From: an uncultured Bacillota bacterium
GTDB lineage: Bacteria > Bacillota > Clostridia > Oscillospirales > Oscillospiraceae
DNA: 64,000 bases
Assembly: GCA_947650875.1 (NCBI GenBank)
Contig: CANSXE010000002.1
Span: 1,232 to 65,231 of the forward strand
Direction: 5' to 3'
Shown piece after piece: positions 20,832-30,155 of the stretch; position 1 is the first letter of the stretch; each line of letters opens with the position of its first letter. Below the pieces are notes generated by a model that made no database searches, had not been told where the DNA came from, and saw only the letters and a list, made by a program, of their open reading frames with translations. Position numbers and translations under genes: made by a program.

Positions 20832-22379
20832 CTACATCTCCCAGCTCCATTGATCGACGTTGTTAACGATGGACCACCCGTGTCCGTGGGGGTGAATTTT
20901 CTGTTCTGCCACCGCCAGCCCGTCCCGGACCCAGTACAGGTGGTCCACATTCACCAGCCACACCCAGGGCACATCCCCGGCGATCTCCTCCTGGGCCTGC
21001 TGCCACAGGGCGTAGGACTCCTCCAGGTCGGTGCAGGCCAGAGCCGCGTCCATTAGCTCATCCACGGCCTGATTTGCGTAGGGGGAGTACAGGGCGCTGT
21101 CCGAACCCGGGGCGGTGTGGTAGATGTTGTACAGCTCCATGGGGGTGTGGGCCCCCCAGCCCCAGACTAGAGGATTACTGAGGGCGTCGTCATAGGCGGT
21201 ATCCCAGCCCACGCCCTTGATGTCCGCCCCGATGCCCAGCTCTTTCAGCTGGTTTGCCAGCTCGGCGGCCAGCCCCTGGCGCACCGAGTCCCCGGCGGTG
21301 TAGTGGATGGTCAGCGCGGCCCGGACCCCGTCCTTCACCCGGACGCCGTCCGGCCCGGCCAGCCACCCCGCCGTATCAAGAACAACTTTGGCCTGTTCCG
21401 GATCATCGGACGTCTCGGCGGTAACGGCATACCACCAGGGCAGGCCGTCGCAGACGCTGTAGGCGGGGGTGCCATAGCCGTTGAGCACGTTGTCAATCAT
21501 CCTCTGCCGGTCCAATCCCAGATTGATGGCGTGGCGGACCAGAGGGTCGGAGGTCAGTTCATTGTTCCAGACCGGCAGGTTGATCCCCCGGTTGTCCACC
21601 GTCTGAACGGACAGCAGGGAAAAGCCGTCCACGCTCTGGTCGGAGTAGGCGGCGGAGGTGTAGGCCAGGTCGGCCTGGCCCGCCTGGACGGCCAGAAAGG
21701 CGGCGTCCTCCTCCATAAACAGGATGGTAACCTGCTCCATCCGGGGCTGGGGTCCGTAGTAGTCCGGGTTATACTCCAGAATGACCTGCTGGCCCCGGTC
21801 CCACCGCTTCAGCATGTACCGCCCGGAGCCGACGGGGTTGGAGCCGTAGGCGGCGGGGTCGTAGGCGTGCTCCGGGAGGATGCCCACCACCGCCATGGTG
21901 TAGGGCCAGATGGAGAAGGGGCGGGTCATGCGAAAGGCTACCGTGTAATCATCAACAGCCTCCGCCCGGTCCAGCATGGTAAAATCATTCACCGAGCTGG
22001 TATTTTTTACGGTGTTGTAGGTAAAGGCCACGTCCCGGGCGGTGAGGGGCTCCCCGTCGGTAAATTTCACATCATCCCGGATTTTTACCGTCCAGATGAG
22101 ACCGTCCCCGCTGACCTCCATGGCGGTGGCCAGGTCGTACCCGATGGTGAGGTCGGGATTGGTCACCGTCAGGGTGGACTGGATCAACGGCTCGTGGACA
22201 TGCTCCCCCGCGCCCCAGCCAAAGGCGGGGTCAAAGCCCGCCGCCGGCTCCGAGGTGGCGGGGAGGACCACCGTCAGCAGTCCGGAGTGCCCCGGCTCAG
22301 GGGAGAAGCCGCTCTCACTCCCTTTTCCGCAAGAGGTCAGGAGGAGAAAGGCCAGGAGGATGGGAATTGTTTTTTTCAT
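20832..22379 (-). CDS. ABC transporter substrate-binding lipoprotein, family 5 (Ni/peptide)
   Basis: Lipobox LTSC, VKFTDGEPLTARDVAFT, GEHVHEP and KIHPHGHGW His-rich motifs. Confidence 0.88.
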   Translation of the reverse strand: MKKTIPILLAFLLLTSCGKGSESGFSPEPGHSGLLTVVLPATSEPAAGFDPAFGWGAGEHVHEPLIQSTLTVTNPDLTIGYDLATAMEVSGDGLIWTVKIRDDVKFTDGEPLTARDVAFTYNTVKNTSSVNDFTMLDRAEAVDDYTVAFRMTRPFSIWPYTMAVVGILPEHAYDPAAYGSNPVGSGRYMLKRWDRGQQVILEYNPDYYGPQPRMEQVTILFMEEDAAFLAVQAGQADLAYTSAAYSDQSVDGFSLLSVQTVDNRGINLPVWNNELTSDPLVRHAINLGLDRQRMIDNVLNGYGTPAYSVCDGLPWWYAVTAETSDDPEQAKVVLDTAGWLAGPDGVRVKDGVRAALTIHYTAGDSVRQGLAAELANQLKELGIGADIKGVGWDTAYDDALSNPLVWGWGAHTPMELYNIYHTAPGSDSALYSPYANQAVDELMDAALACTDLEESYALWQQAQEEIAGDVPWVWLVNVDHLYWVRDGLAVAEQKIHPHGHGWSIVNNVDQWSWEM

Positions 22380-22399
22380 GGATAACCTCCGTTTTCGAC

Positions 22400-22498
22400 G
22401 TAGGGACGCATCACGATGCGTCCGTCTTACAGGGAAAAGGCTGTTTTTACTGCGGCCATTTTCCGGGAACAGGCGGACGCTTCATGAAGCGTCCCTAC
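22400..22498. repeat. GTAG-type REP pair
   Basis: GTAGGGACGCATCACGATGCGTCCG...CGGACGCTTCATGAAGCGTCCCTAC. Confidence 0.78.
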
Positions 22499-23736
22499 CG
22501 TTTCTTCGCCTGCTCCATTGCCGCCTGAAACACCGTCTCATAGGGCAGCCCGTGCTCCCGGGCCAGGGCGGCCACATCCTCAAACTCCGGCTTGGCGTGG
22601 GAGACGCCGAAGCCCCGGGCCAGCTTCACCCTCACCGTCCCCCACTGGGTCTGCACCTGGATATGCTCAGGCTTGAGGAAATACTTCGTCGACAGGCGGG
22701 AGCGCAGGCCGTTGGTAGAGGTGTGGGTAAAAATCTGCCGGACAATATCGTTCTCCTGCTCGGGGCCGCACAGCACCGTCAGCACCCAGCCGGGCCGGCC
22801 CTTCTTCATGGTGCCGGGGGTGGTGTACACGTCCAGCGCCCCCGCCTCCAGCAGCCGCTGGCAGGCGAAGGCCAGGGTCTCGGGTGTCATGTCGTCAATG
22901 TTGCACACCAGCTCCGAAATGTCGCCGGACTCCCGGGGCTCCTCCTCCCCCCAGAAGGCCCGGACGCAGTTGGCCCGCTCGAACTCCTTGGAACCGATGC
23001 CGTAGCCGATCTTCTCCACATCCATCTCCACTATGGGTCCGAACACCTGAACGAAAGTCTTCAGCAGGGCGGCCCCGGTGGGGGTGCACAGCTCCCCATG
23101 AACCTCCCCGCCGTAGATGGGGATTCCCTTCAGCAGGGCGGCGGTGGCGGGGGCGGGGACGGGCATAATACCGTGGGCGCATTTTACCGTCCCGCTGCCC
23201 ACATGGACGGGGGAGGCGGTGACCAGGTCGGGGTCCAGCAGGTACATGGCATAGCACACCCCCACCACGTCGGCCACCGCGTCCAGCGCCCCCACCTCAT
23301 GGAAGTGGACGTCCCCCACGTCGCACCCGTGGGCCAGGGCCTCGGCCTGGGCGATGGCGTCGTAGACCTGCCGAGCCCGATCCTTTACCTCCCGGGGCAG
23401 GGACAGCCCGTCGATGATCTCCCCGATATGCCCTGGCGTGGCGTGGTGATGATGGTGGTGGTGTTCATGATGGTGCTCATGGTCATGATGATCGTGGTCA
23501 TGATGCTCATGGTCATGCTCATGCTCCTCGTGGCCGTGGACCGTCACCCGCATGTGGGTGCCCGCAATGCCGCTGGTCTTAGCGGCCGCCGGGGCCACCT
23601 CCACCCCGGGCAGACCCAGGCCGTTCATGGTATCCAAAAAGCTTTTTTTCTGCTCCTCGCTGAGCAGCTCGTACAGGGCGGCCATGAGCATATCTCCCGC
23701 CGCCCCCATATTGCACTCTAAATATAAGGTTTTCAT
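22495..23736 (-). CDS. larC: Nickel-pincer cofactor Ni insertase LarC
   Basis: GAAGDM, poly-His tract, HFHEVGALD, GELCTPTGAA, NIDDM, MKKGRPG, KPEFED motifs. Confidence 0.93.
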   Translation of the reverse strand: MKTLYLECNMGAAGDMLMAALYELLSEEQKKSFLDTMNGLGLPGVEVAPAAAKTSGIAGTHMRVTVHGHEEHEHDHEHHDHDHHDHEHHHEHHHHHHHATPGHIGEIIDGLSLPREVKDRARQVYDAIAQAEALAHGCDVGDVHFHEVGALDAVADVVGVCYAMYLLDPDLVTASPVHVGSGTVKCAHGIMPVPAPATAALLKGIPIYGGEVHGELCTPTGAALLKTFVQVFGPIVEMDVEKIGYGIGSKEFERANCVRAFWGEEEPRESGDISELVCNIDDMTPETLAFACQRLLEAGALDVYTTPGTMKKGRPGWVLTVLCGPEQENDIVRQIFTHTSTNGLRSRLSTKYFLKPEHIQVQTQWGTVRVKLARGFGVSHAKPEFEDVAALAREHGLPYETVFQAAMEQAKKR

Positions 23737-24491
23737 GAAATTCCCTCCATTTGGTTTATCATACTGGCTAAATACCCGGCCCCGAAGCCGTTGTCGATGT
23801 TCACCACGCTGCACCCGGAGGCACAGGAGTTGAGCATGGCCAGCAAAGCGGACAACCCGCCGAAGCTGGCCCCATAGCCCACGCTGGTGGGGACGGCCAC
23901 CACGGGGCAGTCCACCAGCCCGCCGATGACCGACGCCAGCGCCCCCTCCATCCCGGCCACCGCCACCACGCACCGGGCATTCATCAGCGGCTCCAGGTTG
24001 GCCAGCAGCCGGTGGAGCCCCGCCACCCCCACGTCGTAGAGCCGGGTGACCTTGTTGCCCAGCACCTCGGCGGTGAGAGCGGCCTCCTCGGCCACGGGCA
24101 TGTCGCTGGTGCCCCCGGTGGCCACCACGATGTGGCCCAGCGCCTTCCGCTCCCCGGGATAGGCCACGGCCAGCCGGGGAGTGGGGTGGTAGTCCAGGGG
24201 GACGGTCTCCGCCACCAGCTCCGCCGCTTCAGGGGACAGGCGGGTGATGAGGACGTTCCGGCAGCCCCTCTCTCCCATGGCCCCGGCGATGCCGGCAATC
24301 TGCTCCGGAGTCTTGCCCGCCCCATAGATTACCTCCGCCGCCCCCTGGCGCACCCCCCGGTGGAGGTCCACCTTGGCGTAGCCCAGGTCGGCAAAGGGCT
24401 CCCGTTTCAGCCGGGACAAGGCCTCCTCCGGGGTGGAGGAGCCCTCCGCCACCTGGCGGAGCAGCTGTAAAATGTCGTGCCGGTTGTCCAT
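23733..24491 (-). CDS. larB: Nickel-pincer cofactor carboxylase/hydrolase LarB
   Basis: EVIYGAGKT, GTSDMPVAEEA, AGMEGAL, PTSVGYG, VNIDNGFGA motifs. Confidence 0.94.
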   Translation of the reverse strand: MDNRHDILQLLRQVAEGSSTPEEALSRLKREPFADLGYAKVDLHRGVRQGAAEVIYGAGKTPEQIAGIAGAMGERGCRNVLITRLSPEAAELVAETVPLDYHPTPRLAVAYPGERKALGHIVVATGGTSDMPVAEEAALTAEVLGNKVTRLYDVGVAGLHRLLANLEPLMNARCVVAVAGMEGALASVIGGLVDCPVVAVPTSVGYGASFGGLSALLAMLNSCASGCSVVNIDNGFGAGYLASMINQMEGIS

Positions 24492-24502
24492 AAATACCTC
24501 CT

Positions 24503-25258
24503 TCAGTCAATGGGGACTCTGGGCCGCAGGTCCAGAGCAATCTCTGAAAAATCCGGCTCCAGAGCGGCTAAAATCTCTGCCCTCCGCGCCAGGGCCAGCT
24601 CCAGCTGCCCCTCCGGCAGCTGGAGCCTGGCTCCCCCCCCGGTCAGCCGCAGGCGGAAGTCCCGGAAGCCCAGGCGGGACAGGGCGTCCTCCCCCCGCTC
24701 CACCTTCTCCAGGCTGTCCCGGGTGATGGCCTGTCCGGTGGGGACCCGGGTGGCCAGGCAGGCGTAGGAGGGTTTGTCCCAGGTGAACAGCCCCGCCTGT
24801 CTGGACAACTCCCGAATCTGTGCTTTTGTCAGACCGCACTCCCGCAGGGGAGAGCGGACCTCCAGCTCCGCCAGCGCCCGCATACCGGGGCGGTCCCCGC
24901 CGTCGTCGGAGGCGTTGGTGCCGTCTATCAGCAGGGAGAAGCCCTCCGAGGCGGCATAGCATTTCAGCTTGGAGAACATCCACCGCTTGCAGTGATAGCA
25001 GCGGTCAGGCGGGTTAGAGACCACTGTCTCCTGGTCGAGGATGTCGTAATCCAACACAATCAGGTCCGCATCCAGCTGTTCGCACAGACGGTAGGCGTCC
25101 TCCAGCTCAAATTGTGGCTGAAAGGGGGTCTTGACAAAGTAAGGCCACACCTCGGCCCCGGCCTGAAGCCCCGCCCACAGCAGGTAGGCGGAGTCCACCC
25201 CGCCGGAAAAGGCCAGGGCCGCCTTGGGGTTTTCCTGAAAAAACTGGTCCAGGGTCAT
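24503..25258 (-). CDS. larE: Sulfur transferase LarE
   Basis: PP-loop SGGVDS, RCYHCK, DGTNASD, RPG, SYACLATR motifs. Confidence 0.92.
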   Translation of the reverse strand: MTLDQFFQENPKAALAFSGGVDSAYLLWAGLQAGAEVWPYFVKTPFQPQFELEDAYRLCEQLDADLIVLDYDILDQETVVSNPPDRCYHCKRWMFSKLKCYAASEGFSLLIDGTNASDDGGDRPGMRALAELEVRSPLRECGLTKAQIRELSRQAGLFTWDKPSYACLATRVPTGQAITRDSLEKVERGEDALSRLGFRDFRLRLTGGGARLQLPEGQLELALARRAEILAALEPDFSEIALDLRPRVPID

Positions 25259-25278
25259 ATAAGTTCCTCCTAAACAGC

Positions 25279-25400
25279 AAAAAAGCATACCGGTACGGTA
25301 TGCCTTCTGGCAGACGTCCGGTCTTCCGGGCCGGACGTTTTTCCATATTTTATGCAGATGACAAGACCTTCTGGTCCCTTTTACGGCTTCCTGCCGTATG
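25279..25400 (-). promoter_or_regulatory. Structured 5' leader with intrinsic terminator (putative attenuator) before larE
   Basis: Promoter TTGACA-N18-TATACT (25435-25406), four hairpins, then terminator GCATACCG-TAC-CGGTATGC-TTTTTT before the RBS. Confidence 0.65.
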
Positions 25401-25569
25401 TTTCAAGTATATCAAAGGCGCGCCGCCCCTGTCAATATGCAGCAGGGAGAAAAATCCCGTTTTTTCCGGGCTGACCCCCGGGAAAAAAGAAAAGAAAAAT
25501 TTTGCAAAAAGTGTTGACACCTGGGGGGAAGTGTGGTATTATCTCTCTTGCGCTGAACGAGTGCCACAC

Positions 25570-25656
25570 GCGCGAGTGGTGGAATTGGTAGACTCGCTGG
25601 CTTCAGGTGCCAGTGCTCGCAAGGGCGTGCGGGTTCGACTCCCGCCTCGCGCACCA
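25570..25656 (+). tRNA. tRNA-Leu(CAG)
   Basis: Acceptor stem GCGCGAG/CTCGCGC, anticodon arm CTGGC-TTCAGGT-GCCAG, long variable arm, GTTCGA, encoded CCA; TTGACA promoter upstream and terminator downstream. Confidence 0.95.
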
Positions 25657-25749
25657 GGAAAACCCCGGAATCACTGAGATTCCGGGGTTTTTTCATCGTT
25701 TTACTGCCTGCCGGTGTGCTGTCCGGCAGGCAGTAAGCAGGCTTTATAA

Positions 25750-26445
25750 TCAGGTGCGGGCCCTCTTTTGGCGCTGGATTGTAAAAATATTCTTTGTAAT
25801 CTGTTCCTGGTCGGCTTCGGTCAGCTCCAAAAAAGAGCATCCGTATTCAAATTTGGCGTCCTCTTTTTCAATCACACGCACAACCTGGCTGAACATAGCC
25901 GATTCCGGTCTGTCCTCCAGCAGCTTGACCTTGAGTAAAAACTTGTCGCCCTCGTGGTATCTGTGCTCCGAGCTGATACTGGCCCCGCCTATGCTGATAT
26001 TCAGCAGCTTGCAGGGCTTCTCTCCCATTGACAGCCCGCTGAACATGGTGATGGTGGCGTTCTGATTTGTGTCCAGTCGAAAAAAGGCGCGGTCGTTGGT
26101 GGTTCGGACAACGGTTAATTCCTCAACCTGCCATATATGTCTGGGGCCGGGTGTGATAACGCCCTCCAGATAGACCGCCTTTCGCTCATGGTCGCTGTAC
26201 CCCCGGATTTTGGCGTGGATGGGCTCGGAAATCTGGGAGAGTTCCGATTCTGAATATTGGTGCAGTTCCGCTCTGTTCTCACGCAGACCCAGCAGTTTTG
26301 CCACAAAGAGGAGCTGTCCGGCATCCGATGTGACCTCCACCCGCATACCGGAATAACGTGCAAGCTCCTCTGCGTCGTTGGCTTCGCCGCTGTCCTGCGC
26401 TGGCTGTTCCTTTGTATTTTTGCTGAAAAGATTGAATAAACCCAT
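25750..26445 (-). CDS. PilZ-domain protein
   Basis: RAFFR (RxxxR) and NISIGG (D/NxSxxG) c-di-GMP-binding motifs. Confidence 0.85.
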   Translation of the reverse strand: MGLFNLFSKNTKEQPAQDSGEANDAEELARYSGMRVEVTSDAGQLLFVAKLLGLRENRAELHQYSESELSQISEPIHAKIRGYSDHERKAVYLEGVITPGPRHIWQVEELTVVRTTNDRAFFRLDTNQNATITMFSGLSMGEKPCKLLNISIGGASISSEHRYHEGDKFLLKVKLLEDRPESAMFSQVVRVIEKEDAKFEYGCSFLELTEADQEQITKNIFTIQRQKRART

Positions 26446-26482
26446 GATATATCTCCAAAAGCTGGTTGATAAAAGGTTGAGA

Positions 26483-27238
26483 CTATACAGACGCATAGCT
26501 CTTGGGGCGTCCGTTGGCCTGATACATCTCCCGCAGCTGGGTGAGATGCTCCTGTTCCGGGTCGATATAGACGTTTCCGGTGTAGCCGTCCATCACAGCC
26601 AGGTGTCCCTCGCATTTTGGGGTCACATTGACCTCCACAATGGCGGGAATGTGGTAGGCCCGCACCAGCATAGCCGTGTGGCTGTCCAAACTGCCCTTAC
26701 GGGTAATAAGGCCCAGCAGCCGCCGCTGGTCGAAATCCATCACCTCGCTGGGCAGGTATTCGTCGGCCACCAGAATAGCGGGTTCGTCCATAAGGAGAAT
26801 CTGCCGCCCTCCCATCAGCGCCCGGAGCACCCGCTGGGAGATATCCCGGATATCCACCGCACGGGCCTGCATATAGGGGCTGTCCATAGCGGTAAAGGCG
26901 GCGGCAAAGCTGACCTCCGCCATCTGAACGGCGTACTCCGCGGTGACGCCCTGGCCGTTGATAAGTCCCCGGACCGTCTCCACATAGTCGTGGTCCTCCA
27001 GCAGCATGCCATGGATGAGGAAAATGGAGGCCACTCCGTCGCCCACCTGATTCAGCGCCCGATGATAGAGGGTGGTCAGCTCCATAATGGCGGTCTGCTG
27101 GGCCTGATGAAAGCGGTTGACCTCCTGCCGCCAGTCCCCCCGGGTGTAGAGCTGAACCTGGGGCGCGGGCCGGCGGTAGAAGCAAAGCTGGCCGGCCACG
27201 ATCTGCTCCATAATCGCCTTTCCTGTCAGAATCTGCAC
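26483..27238 (-). CDS. Stand-alone N-terminal half of PTS enzyme I (HPr-binding and phospho-His domains)
   Basis: IFLIHGMLLED, YMQARAVDIRDI, ILVADEYLPS, SHTAM, VMDGYTGNVYIDP; ends before the PEP-binding barrel; TTTACA-N17-TATAAT promoter at 27311-27283. Confidence 0.8.
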   Translation of the reverse strand: MQILTGKAIMEQIVAGQLCFYRRPAPQVQLYTRGDWRQEVNRFHQAQQTAIMELTTLYHRALNQVGDGVASIFLIHGMLLEDHDYVETVRGLINGQGVTAEYAVQMAEVSFAAAFTAMDSPYMQARAVDIRDISQRVLRALMGGRQILLMDEPAILVADEYLPSEVMDFDQRRLLGLITRKGSLDSHTAMLVRAYHIPAIVEVNVTPKCEGHLAVMDGYTGNVYIDPEQEHLTQLREMYQANGRPKSYASV

Positions 27239-27492
27239 AATACCGCCCCCTTTCACAGAGATGCCGTCTTTATATTAGACAAATTATAGCGCCAAGCCCT
27301 TTCGTTGTAAAGGTCAGAAATTTCCAAATTTGTCATCTTTGTTAATCTTTTCTTTGTCAACTTCTCAGCGGTTGGCAGTTTTTAGCAATTTTCTGCAAGT
27401 TTCCCCCGGCATACCCGTGTATTTTTCCACTTTACTCCGATAAACCGCTGTGATATAATAATTCGTATCAATCTGAGCCAGGAGGTATTTTT

Positions 27493-28674
27493 ATGGTCTC
27501 TGAACGAATGAAGGGGCTGGGCACCGCCCGGTCTGTGATCCGTGAGCTGTTTGAGTACGGAAAGGTCCGCGCCGCTGAAATTGGAGCGGAAAACGTTTTT
27601 GACTTCTCCATCGGCAACCCCAGCGTCCCCGCACCCGACGCCGTAAACGAGACGGCCATCCGTCTGCTGCGGGAGCAGCCCGACCTGATTCACGCCTACA
27701 CCAGCGCCCAGGGGGCGGCTGACGCCCGGGAGCGCTTTGCAGATTCGCTGAACCGGCGCTTTCACGCCGGCTGTAACCCGAACCGGCTCTATCTCACCGT
27801 AGGGGCGGCCGCCTCCCTGTGCTGCGTCTTCAACGGCCTGACCTGCCCCGGGGACGAGTTTATCGTCTTTGCCCCCTACTTTCCGGAGTATAAGGTGTTT
27901 ATCGAGGGCGCCGGGGCCAAAATGGTCCTGATTCCCCCGGAGATTGAGACCTTCCAGATTGACTTCGACACCTTTGAGCAGTCAATCAGCGCGCATACCA
28001 AGGGTGTGGTCATCAACAGCCCCAACAACCCCTCCGGTGTGGTGTACTCCAAGGCCACCCTGGAGCGGCTGGCCGCCATCCTCACGGAGAAGAGCGCCGC
28101 CTACGGCCACCCCATCTACCTCATCTCCGACGAGCCCTACCGGGAGATTGTCTACGCCGGCTTTGAGGCCCCGTGGGTGCCCCATATCTATCAGGATACC
28201 ATTGTGTGCTACTCCTTCTCCAAATCCCTCTCCCTCCCCGGCGAGCGTATCGGCTATATCTTTGTCCCGGATGGGGTCTCCGAGGGGGAGGACGTCTACG
28301 CCGCGGTGGCGGGCGCGGGCCGCTCCCTGGGCTATGTGTGCGCCCCCGGCCTGTTTCAGCAGGTCACGTCCATCTGCTGCGACATGACCTCCGACCTGAA
28401 AATCTATGAGGAAAACGCCAAACTGTTTGTCTCCGCCCTGCGGGAGATGGGATATCATGTGGTGCAGCCCGGCGGGGCCTTCTACCTGTTCCCACGCAGC
28501 CTGGAGCCCGACGACATGGCATTCAGCGAGCGGGCGAAAAAGCTGGACCTGCTCCTTGTCCCCGGCAGCGGCTTCGGCGCTCCGGGCCATGTGCGTATCT
28601 CCTACTGTGTCCAGCCCGAGACCATCCGGCGGGCCCTGCCCAAGTTCCAGGCCCTGGCCGATTCCTATAAATAG
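27493..28674 (+). CDS. PLP-dependent aminotransferase class I/II (aspartate aminotransferase-like)
   Basis: NSPNNPSG, SDEPY, SFSKSLSLPGERIGY motifs. Confidence 0.92.
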   Translation: MVSERMKGLGTARSVIRELFEYGKVRAAEIGAENVFDFSIGNPSVPAPDAVNETAIRLLREQPDLIHAYTSAQGAADARERFADSLNRRFHAGCNPNRLYLTVGAAASLCCVFNGLTCPGDEFIVFAPYFPEYKVFIEGAGAKMVLIPPEIETFQIDFDTFEQSISAHTKGVVINSPNNPSGVVYSKATLERLAAILTEKSAAYGHPIYLISDEPYREIVYAGFEAPWVPHIYQDTIVCYSFSKSLSLPGERIGYIFVPDGVSEGEDVYAAVAGAGRSLGYVCAPGLFQQVTSICCDMTSDLKIYEENAKLFVSALREMGYHVVQPGGAFYLFPRSLEPDDMAFSERAKKLDLLLVPGSGFGAPGHVRISYCVQPETIRRALPKFQALADSYK

Positions 28675-28758
28675 GAATCTTTTGATAAACTGAGCCTCCC
28701 TCAACGAGGGAGGCTTTTTTGACAGTCAGCAATTCGTCCGGCACATACCGGGGCGGAG

Positions 28759-29958
28759 TTACCCCTCCTTACACAGCAGAACGTCGTGATAGAACTTGTC
28801 CAGCTTCTTCCGGGTGGGGAAGGTGGCCACATACATCTGGTTGCCCATGGCGTCGGAGAGCACGTCGGGGATGCGGTCCACCAGCTTCATCTGCTGGCCG
28901 TACTTCTTCATAATGGCCTCGTGGTCATAGACAAAGGGCTTGCCGTCCCGCCGCCCGGCGAAGGCGCAGAAGGCGTGGGGCCCGTCCTCCACGTCGGAGT
29001 GGTCAAAGGCGATCATATCCGCCCAGATTTTATACACATTTGTGGAGTTGGCAAAGTTCATCATGTCCGGACTGAACCCGCCGCAGGGCCGCATATTCAC
29101 CTCCAGGGCCACCACGTCCCCCGCTTTCCCCATCCCCTCCTGGTCCCGGGTGAGACGGAAGAACTCAAAGTGGACAAAACGGCTCTTTACCCCAAAGCTC
29201 TTCACCGTGGCCCGCCCGGCCTTCCGGGTGTCGGCGGGCAGGTCCTTGACGATGTAGTAGATGGAGTTGTCCTCTTCATTGACAATGTCCATAATGGAGA
29301 TGGGGGTGACATTGCCCGTCTCAAAGATGGGCTCCCCCCGGGAGTCGATGATGGCGTCATAGGAGTTGACCTCGGCGTAAATGAACTCCTCCATAATGTA
29401 GGTAATGTCAGAATTTTTAGTGGCCAGAAAATCCTTCAGCTGCTGCAAATTGTCCAGCTTGTGGGTATCGGAGGCCCCCACGCCGTTGTCCGGCTTGACC
29501 ACCACAGGATACCCCACCTCTTTGATAAAGGCCCTGCACCCCTTCAGGTCGTCCACCATATGGTAACGGGCGGTGGGAATGCCTGCGGCCTGGTAGTACT
29601 CCTTCATCCGGGACTTGTACTTGATGCGGGGAATATCGCCGGTCTGAAAGCCGCTGGTGATGTGGAAATCGGTGCGCAGGGCGGCGTCCCGCTCCAGCCA
29701 ATACTCGTTGTTGCTCTCCAGCCAGTCGATCCGGCCGTACTTGTGGATGAAGAAAGCCACCGCCCGATACACGGCGTCATAGTCGCCCAGGGCGTCCACC
29801 TTGTAGTACTCGTTGAGACTGTCCTTCAGCTCACCGGACAGCTCGTCATAGGGCTGGTCTCCGATGCCCAGCACGTTCATCCCGTTGTTCTTCAGCTCCC
29901 GGCAAAACTGCCAGTAATTGGTAGGGAAGTTGGGCGAAATAAAAATGACGTTTGACAT
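28759..29958 (-). CDS. ATP-grasp carboxylate-amine ligase
   Basis: GYPVVVKPDNGVGA, MEEFI, HFEFF, LEVNMRP motifs. Confidence 0.85.
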   Translation of the reverse strand: MSNVIFISPNFPTNYWQFCRELKNNGMNVLGIGDQPYDELSGELKDSLNEYYKVDALGDYDAVYRAVAFFIHKYGRIDWLESNNEYWLERDAALRTDFHITSGFQTGDIPRIKYKSRMKEYYQAAGIPTARYHMVDDLKGCRAFIKEVGYPVVVKPDNGVGASDTHKLDNLQQLKDFLATKNSDITYIMEEFIYAEVNSYDAIIDSRGEPIFETGNVTPISIMDIVNEEDNSIYYIVKDLPADTRKAGRATVKSFGVKSRFVHFEFFRLTRDQEGMGKAGDVVALEVNMRPCGGFSPDMMNFANSTNVYKIWADMIAFDHSDVEDGPHAFCAFAGRRDGKPFVYDHEAIMKKYGQQMKLVDRIPDVLSDAMGNQMYVATFPTRKKLDKFYHDVLLCKEG

Positions 29959-30015
29959 GGTACCCTCTCCTTCTATGTTGTCTGACACACATCCCATACA
30001 GGCCCCGGAAGATAC

Positions 30016-30155
30016 TGTCCGCCAGCGGCGGACGGTACCCTTTCGGGACCGTTCAGGACCTATTTTTGCCCCCTAAAGGACCAAAAACGCCCGAAAACAG
30101 GTGTATTATTTCAGGCGAAAAATACGGAGCGTATAAAATCCACCGCTGGCGGACA
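30016..30155. repeat. 140-bp segment bounded by 17-bp inverted repeats
   Basis: TGTCCGCCAGCGGCGGA at 30016-30032 and TCCACCGCTGGCGGACA at 30139-30155 (one mismatch). Confidence 0.65.

Noticed and set aside
23440-23540. Repetitive (A/G)TG-rich tract resembling a microsatellite
   Set aside because: Encodes the His-rich Ni-binding region of LarC
22495-23736. Possible programmed frameshift splitting larC
   Set aside because: The frame is continuous here
25570-25700. tRNA-Leu as an integration site for an island
   Set aside because: No integrase and no duplicated tRNA 3' end seen in the window
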